Shown here: one piece after another, positions 54,315 to 64,000 of the stretch
Numbering within the stretch: position 1 is the stretch's first letter
Layout of the letters: each line of letters begins with the position of its first letter
NCBI GenBank assembly: GCA_016179685.1
Contig: JACPCR010000088.1
Span: forward strand, 627-64,626
DNA from: Planctomycetota bacterium
Lineage (GTDB): Bacteria; Planctomycetota; PUPC01; JACPCR01
DNA length: 64,000 bases
Direction of reading: 5' to 3'
Position numbers and translations under genes: made by a program
The notes under the pieces: model-generated
What the model was told of the DNA's origin: nothing
Databases searched by the model: none
The model's input: the letters and a program-made list of their open reading frames with translations, nothing else

Positions 54315-54336
54315 GTAATACTAATACTATTATTAC
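54315..54336 (-). promoter_or_regulatory. AT-rich inverted repeat GTAATA-N10-TATTAC upstream of vapB (candidate VapB operator/promoter)
   Basis: TTGGTAATACTAATACTATTATTACGATTACTTTATAGC lies 20-50 nt upstream of the vapB start and is the most AT-rich spot in this neighbourhood. Confidence 0.3.
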
Positions 54337-54599
54337 GATTACTTTATAGCAAATTCATGTTCGCATGCCAGGTGCTTGAAGCTCGGAGTCAACGGAGATG
54401 TTTTCAACCGCTTTTCTCCTTTTTCGTTGCGCCTGTCGGCAGAAAGAAATGGCAGGGGCGGCGGCTGGAGGCTCCGGTTGCCCGCCTCCCAGGGGGAGAA
54501 GTCCGGCGGGCGCCTTTCCCTCCGCACTTGTCCCCATGGGAGGGTCCCTGCCAGCGGGACAGGTCCGGGAGAAGCGACGCCCAGGGAGGGGCGGCCGCG

Positions 54600-57500
54600 T
54601 TAGTCCAATCGAAAAATGACGGATCTGTCCCGTTGGAGCGTGGCGGCATCCTTGAGGACGATGGAGGTGCCCCAGGATGGCCCCGTTTGCAGCACCTTCT
54701 GCAGGCCCTTCAGTTTCTGGGTCACCATGGCCTTGACCACGAGGGTGTTGGCCCCTTTCTTCAGCTCCACGGGGTCCGGGGCCAGACGGTGCTCAGGGTC
54801 CCAGAAGACCTTCGTCCTCGGCTTGGCCTCGGCCAGCTCGTCCACACCCTCCTCCCTGTCCATCGGGTCGGGGATTTCCTTCCCGTTCACAATGACGGTC
54901 TCCGGCGGGACAGCCCCATAGAAGCCGATGCGGACCTTTTTCTCCGTTGGAGAGAAGAGGCGCGTGGCGGCAAGGAGCGGCACGGTCTTCTTCTCCGCCT
55001 CTTCGCCAAGGAGCTGGCGGGCCAGCTCGTCCCACCAGAGCACGGACTGAATCCGCACGCGTTTCCACCCCTTCTTCTCGGCCTCCTGCGGAGTCATCGA
55101 GAGCACTTCGTCGGTGAGTTCCTCATCCGATTCGCCCGGCTGCAGAAGCCCGACGGAGACCCACCAATCCTGTTCCATGTCCTGATCGATGAACACGTGC
55201 CCGCCATCCAGGGTTTTGCCGTCGATCCGGGCGGAGAGGGGCAGCCAGGCGAATCCGGGATCGAGTCGGTCCGGCTGAGCCCACCGAACGGTGTGCAGGA
55301 AATGTTCCGTCTTGCCTGCCGGGACGGCTGCGGCGACCTGGAAGGGTCCTCCGGCCCAGCCGGGGCAAGGCTCGCACGAGAGGGTTACCTCGCGGCCGCG
55401 ATCGGTGAAATTCTCGACCAGGAGATCGATCTTCCCGCCGGACAAGCTGCCTATGGCATGAGGCTTACGGGGGTAAGGATTGACGGGGATTTTCCAGGCG
55501 GATCGGACGGGCTCGAAGCCTTCGGCCTTGAGGGCGACCTCGACGCCCTCGTTACGGCTTCCGCGAAGGGCCTGGGCGAGGCCGTGCGGCATCATCACGC
55601 TGAAAGCGAAAGGGGTGGGCGTGAAGGGTGCGGCAGGCTGGACGGCGAAGGAATTCGAGCCGGCCAGGAGGCAGCTCTCCGGCAGCCGGGCTTCGATGGT
55701 GATCTTCGGAGGCGCGGCGAGGGAAGAGAGAACATGTCCCCGCAGGACGGCCAGGGTCAAATCACCTCGAAACTCCGGCAGAGGCTCGAGTTCCAAGCGG
55801 AAAGGAGGGGGCAGGGCGACGGGTATCCCGCCGACCAGTTCCTTGCCCGTCCGCAGGGTGAGGAGGGCGTTCCGGGCGCGGGCCGAAGGCTCGATTTCGA
55901 GTGTGAAGGGCAACTCGACCCGTCCCTGGGCGGGCAGGGAGGCCTGGGTCGCCTCGAGATTCAAGGCTACCCCGGGCTCGAGGCAACGAAGCGAAAGGCC
56001 CTCGAGCGCGGAAGGCTGGTCCGAATCGGAGCGGAGAAGGAGGATGCCGCGGTTGGCCGCCCCGCGGGTGAGCGTCTTGCTGAACGAGGCCGAAAGAGGC
56101 GGCAGCGGCGGCCGTTCCCCTGGCGGCTTCATCAGGACCTCTGCGGAAGCGACGCTGCCGTCCGTGAGGTCCTCGACCCCGATGGTCCACTGGCCGGGCG
56201 CGTCGGTCCAGGCCACGGGCAAGGAGAGGAGGACGGGGCTGGGACCGGTATTCCAGGCGGCGAGTCCGGGGATTTCGTGGCCGTCGGGTCCGCGGACCCG
56301 GACCCTGTAGGTATGGGACGTTGTGAGAGCCTGGCCGCGGGGACCCAGGCGAGCGGCCTCGACCAGTAGATTTTCACCGCCCCGGAGCGTGGGATGAGAG
56401 GGCGTGACGGCCAGCGCGGCGTCGTCTGGGTCCCGCACCAGGCTGAGGAGGCAGCCGACGCCAGCCTCGAAGGCGAGGTCCACGAAGGGGCCGCCCGGGG
56501 ACTCGACGGGCGTCGCATTCCGGCGGGCGCAGAGATCGCGGACGATTCGGACCTCCGGCTTCACGTAAAGGCGGGTCTTGACGGGTGCATCCGGGCCCGG
56601 AACGGCAATGAGATACGATTGTGTCCGATCGGCGGTCTCGATGAGGAAGCCGAGGATGCCCGGATGATAAGGGGCATCGGCGTCGGCGAACCGGAAGGCC
56701 TCGCTGACTCCGGCGCGGTCGAGTACGGCCCGGAGGAGGCGGCCGTTGCCGGCCCGGTTGTAAGCGAGGTTGACATTGAGGGCGAGGACCCATCCTTTAC
56801 CGACGGGGCCGGCGAAGGCGACGGTCCCGCCTCCGGACCGGAAGGCCTGGAGGGGGCAGCCGGCATCGGCCTCGGCCGCGCCGGCCTCGCCGGCGACCCG
56901 GACCCCCTGGAGGCCCGGGAACTCGGGCTGCAGGCTGGAGAGGTCGAACGTTTCCGCCGGCTGAGGCTCTGCCTTCGAGTTGGCGGGCTGGGAGATACCG
57001 AAGGCCTTGGCGATGGCGGGCGGCGTGGTGGGGGCAATCAGAAGGCCAGCGCCCTGCTCCACCGCCTGCCGCAACGCCGCCGGGTTTTCACCCCATGACA
57101 TCTGCAAGGCGATGATGAGCTTCCGGTTCGCGGTATCCGTGTTGCACTCGGGCTGGACCCCGCAAGTGTAAACGCCCTCGGTAAGGCCGCAGGAAACGGG
57201 CGACCAGACGGGCGGCCAGTAAAGAACCTCCGCGTCGGTGCGGTTACGGGCGGCCAAGAGGACGGGCTTGAGAGGGTCGATGCGGTCGTGCACGGCCTTG
57301 AGCATCTGGCCGGATGGAGTGAGCCGTCCGCCGGTATCGACGATGACGCCGCCGAGGTAATCGCCGGGGCAATAGACGGGGAAGAAGCGTCCAGCGGCGG
57401 CGAGCGCGGCCCAGGCGCTGTGGGAGAACCGTTCGAAGGGCGGGACGAGGCTTTGGAGCAGCCAGGTCCAGGGTCTCGAGCCGTAGGCGGGCCGGCCGGC

Positions 57501-60179
57501 GAGGACCATGCCCTGGGCCCTAAGGGCCGAGTCATGGGGATAAATCCGGTTGTGCATGGAATCGTAGAAGTTATCGAGCAGGCCGGCGCCCATGCCCGGC
57601 GTGAGCTGTGCGAAGGGATTATGCGCCCGTACCACGTCCATGCGAAGCTGGAAGAACTCATTGAGGTAACTGCTCATGGCCCATTCCAGATTCTGAGCGT
57701 GAGGACCCGAGGGGCCCTGGAAGCCCGGCCGGGCCACCTCGTCCCAGCTCAGTGCGTCCGTCTGCATCTTCTGGTTGTAGGCCGACAGGGTGCTGACGCC
57801 GGGCCAGTCGCGGCCCAGACGCCAGGTGATGAGCTGATTGCGGCGGTAGCCCTCCTTGAACCGCGAGGGCAGCTCGTCCGTGAAGTCCATGCTGATGAAG
57901 CCCGGATCGTCCCGCGCCCACCGGGTCCATTCCCGATACCACTGGAAGTGCGGATGTTCTCCGGCCTCCTCGCCCCAGAGGCCGGTATCGCTCGTGGCCG
58001 CGTGGTCGACGAACCACCGGTAGCGGAATCGGTAATCGCCGCGCTCGCCGACGTTGATGCCTGCGGCTTTGGCCCCTTCGGCCTCGATGTCGCTGAAACG
58101 GTTTTGAAGCCACGTGCCCCAGAGCAGGTCGCGGTCGTACTCGAAGCGCTCCATGCGGGAGACCGGCGTGCGGAAGGAGCCCTCGGGGAGGGAGATGGAG
58201 GCGGCGCCATCCCAACCGCGAGCGACGGCAAGGACGTCCTGGGCGAGCGGGAGAGGCGGGCCGGCCAGCCGGCCCCGGGCATCCCGGACCGTCGTTTCCA
58301 GGAAATACTGCCCCGCGGGCAGGTCCGGCAGCTCCAACTCCGCCTTCACCGGCCCGTCCTGCCGCAGGGACTGGCGGTCGCGCGACAGCACCCGGCCGAT
58401 GTCATCCGCAAACTCATTGACCAGGAACAGCGCTTCCGCCGGCGCTGGCGTTCCAGCAGCCTTGTCCTCGAACCGCGTCACGCTCACTGTCACGGGCAAG
58501 CGTTGTCGCCCGGCCGGCAGGGTCGAGGGCAGCCCGGACAGCCGGAGGCCGATGTCGTATCGGCCCAGAACGGTGAACGAGCGGGCGAAGGAGTGAAGGA
58601 TGCGCCCCTGTGCGTCGGCCAGGTCGAACTGCAACCGATAATTGACGGACCCGATGAGGGCTGGGAAGGCGAGGGACAGTTGCACGTTCTTGCTCTCTCC
58701 GGGCTGCCCCGTGAGGGTTTCCGATTTTTGAGCCACGATGGGGCCTGAGGTTTCGGACAAGGAGGCTCTGGCCTCGACGCCGCCTTCGTGGGTGTGCCAG
58801 GTGATCCGGAGGTTTAACGGAAGCTCCGAGCCGGCGCGGCGGCCGGAAAGTGTTCCGGGCTCGTCGGTCCAGTCCAGGGTAGCGGGCCGCCAGGACGGCC
58901 CGTCGAACAGCCAACCGATCAGGGTTTCCCATGCCGCGCTATTCCCCACGGGCGACCCGTCGCGGATTCGGGCCTCGAGCGGGATGCGCTTCTCGCCGCC
59001 GGCTGCGCCCGCATCCTTCCGGATGATCTCCGCCAAGGGAATCTCGGTTTTCGCCGCCACGAGGACGCCGCCGCTTTCGAAGCCGCGGTAGCCGAGCCAG
59101 ACGGCCTTGCAGTCCGGCGGGAGTCCATCGATGGCCGGGAACTGCGGATGCCGTTCCACGCGTTCGGGAAGGGCGTCGTCCCAGGGTCCGTTGGGCCAGG
59201 GGTAATCGGCGATGAGGCGGCCGCGGACGGCCGGGGTGGACGCGTCGACGACCTGGACATCGCGGTGGACGCGGTGGTAAAAGAGGTCATCGCCGTTGAA
59301 CAGGACGCGGCCGCCGCGGCGGACATAGTGGTGCAGCCGCCAGAGGAAAAAGGGCTCGACCTCGTTGATCCGGAGGCCCGTGAACACGCAGAGGTCGTGC
59401 AGGGGCCGGCCTTCCGGACCGAAATCGAACCGGGCGATGGCCTCATCGAGGCCTCCGCCCAGCAGGCCCGCGGGCAGCTCATCGTGCTGGAGCGGTTTGA
59501 GTCCCTGGCCGGTGAAGCCTCCGCCCAGGCTTTCAGCCAGCCGATTCCAGAAGGCATATTCCTCGGGCTCCCAGACCGTACGGCTGACGACGGCGAGGCG
59601 CAGCCCGCGGCGTCCGGGCCACGAGGGCATGCCCGGCTTCCAGTTCCCATCGAGCTTCTGGACGGCCTCGCGGGCGAGAAACCGCACCCAATCGGACGGG
59701 TCCTGGACGAGCGGCTCGAGGACCGTCCGGGCCTGAGGATCGCGCAGCTCGCCGAGGGCAGCGATGAGCGTTTCGCGGGTGAAATCGTCGCGGGCCTCGG
59801 CGAGCCAGTGCATCATCCGAGGGACGGCGGGCCGGGCCTTCAGTCGCACGGCGGCGAAGGCGCAGGAAGGCCGAAGCTCCTCGGGTGGAGGGTGTTCCCC
59901 GAGCCACTGTGTGAAGGGGCCGACGAGGTCACCGGCGACGTCTTTCTCCACGAGGGACCAGAGGGCGCGGCCGCGGGCGGAAGGCGGTCCCACGCCGAGG
60001 GCCATGAGGGCGTCCTGGATGCGGGAGTCGTCATCCAGCTTCTCGATGTCGAAATCCTCGCCCTCGGCGGCCAGGCGGCCGGGGATACAGCCGAGAACGG
60101 CCGCCGTGGCGAGGAAAGAAATCCAGGGCTTCGAAGGATAAGTCCTGCTCCAACACGAACCGTGGCGACTTCGCAGCAC
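54600..60179 (-). CDS. 1859-aa secreted multidomain protein: N-terminal HEAT-like repeats, GATase1/ThuA-like and GH-like central regions, many beta-sandwich segments
   Basis: GTG start with the signal-like segment KPWISFLATAAVLGCIPGRLAAEG. HEAT-like LIAALGELRDPQARTVLEPLVQDPSDWVRFLAREAV. The remainder has no motif I can name confidently. Confidence 0.7.
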   Translation of the reverse strand: MLRSRHGSCWSRTYPSKPWISFLATAAVLGCIPGRLAAEGEDFDIEKLDDDSRIQDALMALGVGPPSARGRALWSLVEKDVAGDLVGPFTQWLGEHPPPEELRPSCAFAAVRLKARPAVPRMMHWLAEARDDFTRETLIAALGELRDPQARTVLEPLVQDPSDWVRFLAREAVQKLDGNWKPGMPSWPGRRGLRLAVVSRTVWEPEEYAFWNRLAESLGGGFTGQGLKPLQHDELPAGLLGGGLDEAIARFDFGPEGRPLHDLCVFTGLRINEVEPFFLWRLHHYVRRGGRVLFNGDDLFYHRVHRDVQVVDASTPAVRGRLIADYPWPNGPWDDALPERVERHPQFPAIDGLPPDCKAVWLGYRGFESGGVLVAAKTEIPLAEIIRKDAGAAGGEKRIPLEARIRDGSPVGNSAAWETLIGWLFDGPSWRPATLDWTDEPGTLSGRRAGSELPLNLRITWHTHEGGVEARASLSETSGPIVAQKSETLTGQPGESKNVQLSLAFPALIGSVNYRLQFDLADAQGRILHSFARSFTVLGRYDIGLRLSGLPSTLPAGRQRLPVTVSVTRFEDKAAGTPAPAEALFLVNEFADDIGRVLSRDRQSLRQDGPVKAELELPDLPAGQYFLETTVRDARGRLAGPPLPLAQDVLAVARGWDGAASISLPEGSFRTPVSRMERFEYDRDLLWGTWLQNRFSDIEAEGAKAAGINVGERGDYRFRYRWFVDHAATSDTGLWGEEAGEHPHFQWYREWTRWARDDPGFISMDFTDELPSRFKEGYRRNQLITWRLGRDWPGVSTLSAYNQKMQTDALSWDEVARPGFQGPSGPHAQNLEWAMSSYLNEFFQLRMDVVRAHNPFAQLTPGMGAGLLDNFYDSMHNRIYPHDSALRAQGMVLAGRPAYGSRPWTWLLQSLVPPFERFSHSAWAALAAAGRFFPVYCPGDYLGGVIVDTGGRLTPSGQMLKAVHDRIDPLKPVLLAARNRTDAEVLYWPPVWSPVSCGLTEGVYTCGVQPECNTDTANRKLIIALQMSWGENPAALRQAVEQGAGLLIAPTTPPAIAKAFGISQPANSKAEPQPAETFDLSSLQPEFPGLQGVRVAGEAGAAEADAGCPLQAFRSGGGTVAFAGPVGKGWVLALNVNLAYNRAGNGRLLRAVLDRAGVSEAFRFADADAPYHPGILGFLIETADRTQSYLIAVPGPDAPVKTRLYVKPEVRIVRDLCARRNATPVESPGGPFVDLAFEAGVGCLLSLVRDPDDAALAVTPSHPTLRGGENLLVEAARLGPRGQALTTSHTYRVRVRGPDGHEIPGLAAWNTGPSPVLLSLPVAWTDAPGQWTIGVEDLTDGSVASAEVLMKPPGERPPLPPLSASFSKTLTRGAANRGILLLRSDSDQPSALEGLSLRCLEPGVALNLEATQASLPAQGRVELPFTLEIEPSARARNALLTLRTGKELVGGIPVALPPPFRLELEPLPEFRGDLTLAVLRGHVLSSLAAPPKITIEARLPESCLLAGSNSFAVQPAAPFTPTPFAFSVMMPHGLAQALRGSRNEGVEVALKAEGFEPVRSAWKIPVNPYPRKPHAIGSLSGGKIDLLVENFTDRGREVTLSCEPCPGWAGGPFQVAAAVPAGKTEHFLHTVRWAQPDRLDPGFAWLPLSARIDGKTLDGGHVFIDQDMEQDWWVSVGLLQPGESDEELTDEVLSMTPQEAEKKGWKRVRIQSVLWWDELARQLLGEEAEKKTVPLLAATRLFSPTEKKVRIGFYGAVPPETVIVNGKEIPDPMDREEGVDELAEAKPRTKVFWDPEHRLAPDPVELKKGANTLVVKAMVTQKLKGLQKVLQTGPSWGTSIVLKDAATLQRDRSVIFRLD

Positions 60180-60196
60180 AAGGAAACCCCATTTTC

Positions 60197-62575
60197 CTAT
60201 TTCAGCTCTTTCCTGCGCCCGCTCTTCGCGTGCTTCACGACGAGGTCTCGGACCTCCTGCATCAGCTCCGGACGGCTGGCCGCGCCCTTGGGGAGCACTT
60301 TCTCAACGAAGCCGCTCAGGCGCAGCCGCTCCTCTGCCGTGATGTCCTTCCCGGTCACCACGATGACTGGAATCGAGCGCCACATCTCTTCCTTTCGCAG
60401 CTTTTCCAGGAACTGGAAACCGTCCATCTCCGGCATCATCAGGTCCAGCAGGATCAGGCTCGGCGCCTTCCTCCTCACGCACTCGATGGCCACTCGACCG
60501 TTCTCGGCCGTTTGTACGGGCCAGCCATCCCGTTCGAGCGTCTCGGCCATCATCTCCCGCGTCAGTCTGTCGTCCTCCACCACGAGCAACGCTGCCCTGC
60601 ACCCGCTGCCGGAGTGCTTCCTCACCGCGCCCAGGAGGCGCTCCCGCTCGACCGGCTTGATGAGATACCCGGCCGCGTTCAGCGAGAAGGCCAGGTTTTG
60701 GTGCTCTGCGACCGTCAGCATGATCACCGGGATCGGGGCCAGCTCCGGGTCCGCCTTCAGATGCTTCAGCACGGCCCAACCGTCCATGCCCGGCATCAGC
60801 ACGTCCAAAGTGATCGCGCAGGGTTTCACCTGGCGTGCGAGTTGGAGGCCGGCAGGGCCGGTCGAGGCCGCCACGGCGCGAATTCCCTCCTTGGCCAGCA
60901 TCCGTCCCAGGAGGTCGTGTACGGCCGGGTCGTCGTCGATGCAAAGGACGACCTCCGCGTCCGGCGGCAGGGGCGGCCTGGCGGCGTCGGACTTCACCGG
61001 CGGGCCCGGCGTCGCCGGCTGGACCTCCGCCGGAATGCGCACGATGAAGGTGGAGCCCTTGCCGGCCTCGCTCTCGACCGAGATGTCTCCGCCCATCATC
61101 TGGCAGAACTTCCGGCTGATCGCCAGTCCCAACCCTGTCCCGCCGTACTTTCGGGTCGTCGAGGCGTCCGCCTGCGAAAAGACCTGGAACAGCTTCCCCT
61201 GCTGCTCCGGACTGATCCCGATTCCGGTGTCGCTCACGCGGAGGTCCAGCCAGTCCCTCCCGCCCACTCGTTCGCGGAGCACGCGGATCGTGATGGTTCC
61301 CCTCTCGGTGAATTTGCACGCATTCGAGACCAGATTGAAGAGGACTTGGCGAACACGCGTGAGATCGGTGCGCAGACTTCCCACGTCGTCCGCCAGCTCC
61401 ACTTTCAAGACGTTCGCTTTCTTGGCTACGAGAGGCCCTACGGTCGTCACCACCTCCTGGACCATCGCCCTTCCGTCGAACGGCTCGATGAGCAAATCCA
61501 TTTTCCCGGCCTCGATCTTGGACAGGTCGAGGACGTCGTTGATGAGGGAGAGAAGATGCCTGGCCGCGGTCAGAATCCTCTGGAGATCGGGGACGAAGCT
61601 CTTCTGGCCGATGTCCTGGGCTTCCTCCTGGAGCATCTCACTGTAGCCAATGATGGCGTTGAGAGGGGTGCGCAGCTCATGGCTCATGCTGGCCAAAAAT
61701 GCGCTCTTCATCCGGTTGGCGTCTTCGGCGGCGAGCTTGGCCGCCCGGAGCTCCTCCTGCGCGCGTTCGCGTTCGTGCACCTCCCCCTGGAGATTCTCGT
61801 TGGCGGCTTGAAGCTCCGCCGTGCGCGCCCTGACCAGGTCCTCCAGGTGCTCGCGGTGACGGCGCAGCTCCTCATCCATGTTCCTGCGTATCGTGATGTC
61901 CTCGACGGCGCCCTCGTAGTAGAGCGTCCGTCCGTCGACGCCCTCCTCCGCGCGGGCGTTCTCCCGGACCCATATCTCGACGCCGTCCCGGCGGCGCAGG
62001 CGGACCTCGAATCCGAGCACGATGCCTTCGCGGTCCATGACCCCCTGCCACCGCGCCCGGTCATCCGGCGAGACGTACAACGCTTCCGCCACCACCGCCC
62101 GCAACGCCTCCCGATCCGCGTAGCCGAGCATCCCGATGAACGCGGGGTTGGCGTCCAGGATTCTTCCGTCCGGCAGGGTCCGGTAGAGCCCCACGGGGAC
62201 CCTGTCGAACATGCCGCGGTAGCGCTCTTCGCTCGCGCGGATCACGTCCTCCATGCGCTGGGTGGTCTTGAGGAGCAGGAACTGTTCGCCCTCATCGGCC
62301 TTAACGAGCTTGAAGAAATCGCACTCGAGACACCGGAGCTCCTTTTGCGCGAAGGACCCTTGGATTTTCCCGCCGCAGAGGGTACCCGTGACGGCCCAGC
62401 AGATTCTTCCGCCCCGGACGCCGCCGTTCAATCCGTCGCTGGTGGCGTCCATGGCCGCGGGACACACGCCAAGATGCGCGACGTTGTCGCCGCCGGGCTC
62501 CCTGCCGCACTTCTTATGCTCCCAGCAGTTCAACCGATGCCGCAGCCTTCCTTCTACGTCTTCTTTCCCGATCAT
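60197..62575 (-). CDS. hybrid sensor histidine kinase: Cys-rich two-CW-type N-terminal domain, PAS, HisKA/HATPase, two receiver domains
   Basis: N-terminus: [15 protein letters not shown]...GVCPA...[19 protein letters not shown]...CLECDFF (two C-W dipeptides, 9 Cys). H-box [19 protein letters not shown]. ATPase boxes DTGIGI and [16 protein letters not shown]1 [14 protein letters not shown]...DVLMPGMDG and REC2 [14 protein letters not shown]...[18 protein letters not shown] lies before ATG 62575. Confidence 0.9.
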   Translation of the reverse strand: MIGKEDVEGRLRHRLNCWEHKKCGREPGGDNVAHLGVCPAAMDATSDGLNGGVRGGRICWAVTGTLCGGKIQGSFAQKELRCLECDFFKLVKADEGEQFLLLKTTQRMEDVIRASEERYRGMFDRVPVGLYRTLPDGRILDANPAFIGMLGYADREALRAVVAEALYVSPDDRARWQGVMDREGIVLGFEVRLRRRDGVEIWVRENARAEEGVDGRTLYYEGAVEDITIRRNMDEELRRHREHLEDLVRARTAELQAANENLQGEVHERERAQEELRAAKLAAEDANRMKSAFLASMSHELRTPLNAIIGYSEMLQEEAQDIGQKSFVPDLQRILTAARHLLSLINDVLDLSKIEAGKMDLLIEPFDGRAMVQEVVTTVGPLVAKKANVLKVELADDVGSLRTDLTRVRQVLFNLVSNACKFTERGTITIRVLRERVGGRDWLDLRVSDTGIGISPEQQGKLFQVFSQADASTTRKYGGTGLGLAISRKFCQMMGGDISVESEAGKGSTFIVRIPAEVQPATPGPPVKSDAARPPLPPDAEVVLCIDDDPAVHDLLGRMLAKEGIRAVAASTGPAGLQLARQVKPCAITLDVLMPGMDGWAVLKHLKADPELAPIPVIMLTVAEHQNLAFSLNAAGYLIKPVERERLLGAVRKHSGSGCRAALLVVEDDRLTREMMAETLERDGWPVQTAENGRVAIECVRRKAPSLILLDLMMPEMDGFQFLEKLRKEEMWRSIPVIVVTGKDITAEERLRLSGFVEKVLPKGAASRPELMQEVRDLVVKHAKSGRRKELK

Positions 62576-62849
62576 CTCGTCCCTCCCGAATCTCCTCCAG
62601 CGGCACGACCGGGTGAAGTATACTTCGCCCGGACCCCCGGACAAAGCGCTGGCGGAAAAGCCCTGGTGACAGGACAAGGGTGGTGTCGATGGGCCAGCTC
62701 AGACCGGATTGTCCGACTATAAGATTTGCGCTGAATGGGGTCAACCCATGGGCGCGTCGGTGAACAGGGCAGAGGGCCGTTTCGCAGTAGGATCCCGGGG
62801 TGAAATCTCCTAGAATAGTATGTTTTCCGAATGACTCGAGGCCCCTACC

Positions 62850-63878
62850 ATGGCATTGCTCAGGGACGCCCCGTTGGAGATGCTCGACCGCGTGGTGATT
62901 GCTGGAAGCCCGGCCCGCCGCCAGCGCGGGTCGACCAGCATGCTCCAGTTTCCCAGCGGTGAATTGTTGTTGCTCTATCGCCTCGCCGTAGGTGTCAACC
63001 GCTCTTCGAACGGCGCCGTCATGATCACACGCTCCAAGGATGGAAATACCTGGGAGGAGGCCGTCCCCATCTACGCCCAGCCCGGGTGGGACTGCGGCGG
63101 AATGTCCGGCTTCCGGCTCCTTCCGGACCAGTCCGTCGTCCTCTTCCTCGCCCGGATGCGAGTGACTCCGGTGAGCGGCATGATCTCGAAGATCACGGAG
63201 ACTCACACCTACCAGACGCGATCGGCAGACGGGGGCCATACCTGGACAGAACTGAGCGAGGAAATCCGGGTATTCCCCGCCATCACCGAATTTTGGGGCC
63301 ACGGGCCCGTCATGAAGCTGGACGATGGGCGGCTTCTGCTGGGCGTGATCGGTACCCAGTTCGAATACGAGCGTTGGGCCTCCGCCGTGGTCACTTCCAC
63401 GGACAACGGCCGGAGCTTTCACGACCTCCGCATCATCGCCGACCGTCCCGGCCCCGATTTCTGCGACAATGAGATCATCCGCCTGGCCGACGGCCGATTG
63501 CTTGCCATCATCCGGACGGAGCAGCCGCCATTCGATGCCTACCAGTCTTATTCCTCCGACGACGGCTGGACATGGTCGCCGGTGCAGCCTACGGGCTTCA
63601 AGGCGGGTGGGATGACGCTCCTGCGTCTGCGCTCGGGCCTGATCCTGTGTGCACACCGGGACCGGGAACCGGGCCGGCCTGGCGTGGCCTTCTACATCAC
63701 GGAGGATTCGGGCGGCCACTGGCGTTACATCGGGCAAGTCTATGCGGGCACGCACTGGTATTGCGGGTACGTGGACTTTGCGACGTTTCCAGACGGCCGC
63801 ATTTTCTGCACCTATTTCACGTCCCTGGAGAACGGAAACAGCGAGGTGCACGGCGTCTGGCTGAAGGACCTCACTTGA
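62850..63878 (+). CDS. BNR/Asp-box repeat protein (sialidase-like six-bladed beta-propeller)
   Basis: Five Asp-box-like motifs: SKDGNTW, SADGGHTW, STDNGRSF, SSDDGWTW, TEDSGGHW. Confidence 0.75.
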   Translation: MALLRDAPLEMLDRVVIAGSPARRQRGSTSMLQFPSGELLLLYRLAVGVNRSSNGAVMITRSKDGNTWEEAVPIYAQPGWDCGGMSGFRLLPDQSVVLFLARMRVTPVSGMISKITETHTYQTRSADGGHTWTELSEEIRVFPAITEFWGHGPVMKLDDGRLLLGVIGTQFEYERWASAVVTSTDNGRSFHDLRIIADRPGPDFCDNEIIRLADGRLLAIIRTEQPPFDAYQSYSSDDGWTWSPVQPTGFKAGGMTLLRLRSGLILCAHRDREPGRPGVAFYITEDSGGHWRYIGQVYAGTHWYCGYVDFATFPDGRIFCTYFTSLENGNSEVHGVWLKDLT

Positions 63879-64000
63879 AGGCTGAAGAAAGTAAAAAGTA
63901 AAAAGCAACCTGTAGAACGTCCCTTGCTAGTTTCTCCCCAGCTTCCCGCTCCCTGCTTTTCGCTTGCCGGACTGGAAGCAGGAGGCTTTCCCGCCCGGTG

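Noticed and set aside
54264-62722. Long plus-strand ORFs (54264..56369, 57288..58748, 59148..61646, 60230..62722) opposite the 1859-aa gene and the hybrid kinase
   Set aside because: The kinase motifs fix the minus strand. The plus-strand translations are Gly/Arg/Glu/Pro-rich without motifs and overlap each other in different frames.
62514-63908. 464-aa minus-strand ORF opposite the BNR protein
   Set aside because: Five Asp-box motifs identify the plus-strand frame as real.
1-64000. Search for CRISPR arrays, tRNA/rRNA/tmRNA/RNase P genes, integrases and transposases
   Set aside because: I saw no regularly spaced direct repeats and no tRNA-like T-arm consensus outside coding regions. The only GGTTCGA/GTTCGAATCC-like strings lie inside the kinase and vapC genes. 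I saw no rRNA-like or RNase P (GAGGAAAGTCC) signatures and no recombinase motifs. The scan was by eye only, so small RNAs could have been missed.

Overview
This is a 64-kb, high-GC bacterial chromosomal segment. I found no rRNA, tRNA, CRISPR array, integrase or transposase gene by eye. I call about 47 protein-coding genes. Gene content: housekeeping genes (mdh, mutL, miaB, trpF, sppA, a YchF-like ATPase, a TrmH-type methyltransferase); many carbohydrate-related enzymes (DegT aminotransferase, PfkB kinase, four xylose-isomerase-like TIM barrels, Gfo/Idh/MocA, Zn-ADH, aldo-keto reductase, and GH127-like, GH95-like and BNR/sialidase-like proteins); two very large proteins (1456 aa DUF4175-like, 1859 aa HEAT plus GH-like); and two sensory modules (PAS histidine kinase with a REC-DHp protein; a two-CW hybrid kinase). 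This content and style resemble PVC-type (Planctomycetota/Verrucomicrobiota-like) heterotrophs, but that is inference only. Accessory or decayed material: three toxin-antitoxin-like pairs (VapBC, a PIN protein with a downstream small protein, and a minimal nucleotidyltransferase with a 74-aa partner) and three gene relics (DUF1445 hydro-lyase, half of a GspF/PilC, an alpha-2-macroglobulin thioester fragment). At the nucleotide level there are two families of intergenic repeats (a ~90-nt two-hairpin element in 3 copies; a conserved GACGAGTTCGC...GCGAACTCGTC palindrome at three gene ends, with a possible fourth, degenerate copy), a perfect 54-bp palindrome in a divergent promoter region, a 201-bp MITE-like element with 18-bp perfect terminal inverted repeats and TAA flanks, and an unusually AT-rich ~0.5-kb ORF-free stretch with repeated short motifs. 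The most system-like novelties are: the NTase plus 74-aa module, a standalone C39-like peptidase with an adjacent Gly-Gly small membrane peptide, a ribosomal L7/L12-CTD-like domain fused to a Cys phosphatase, and the two-CW kinase apparently co-transcribed with the 1859-aa protein. All family assignments rest on motif recognition from memory, not on database searches.
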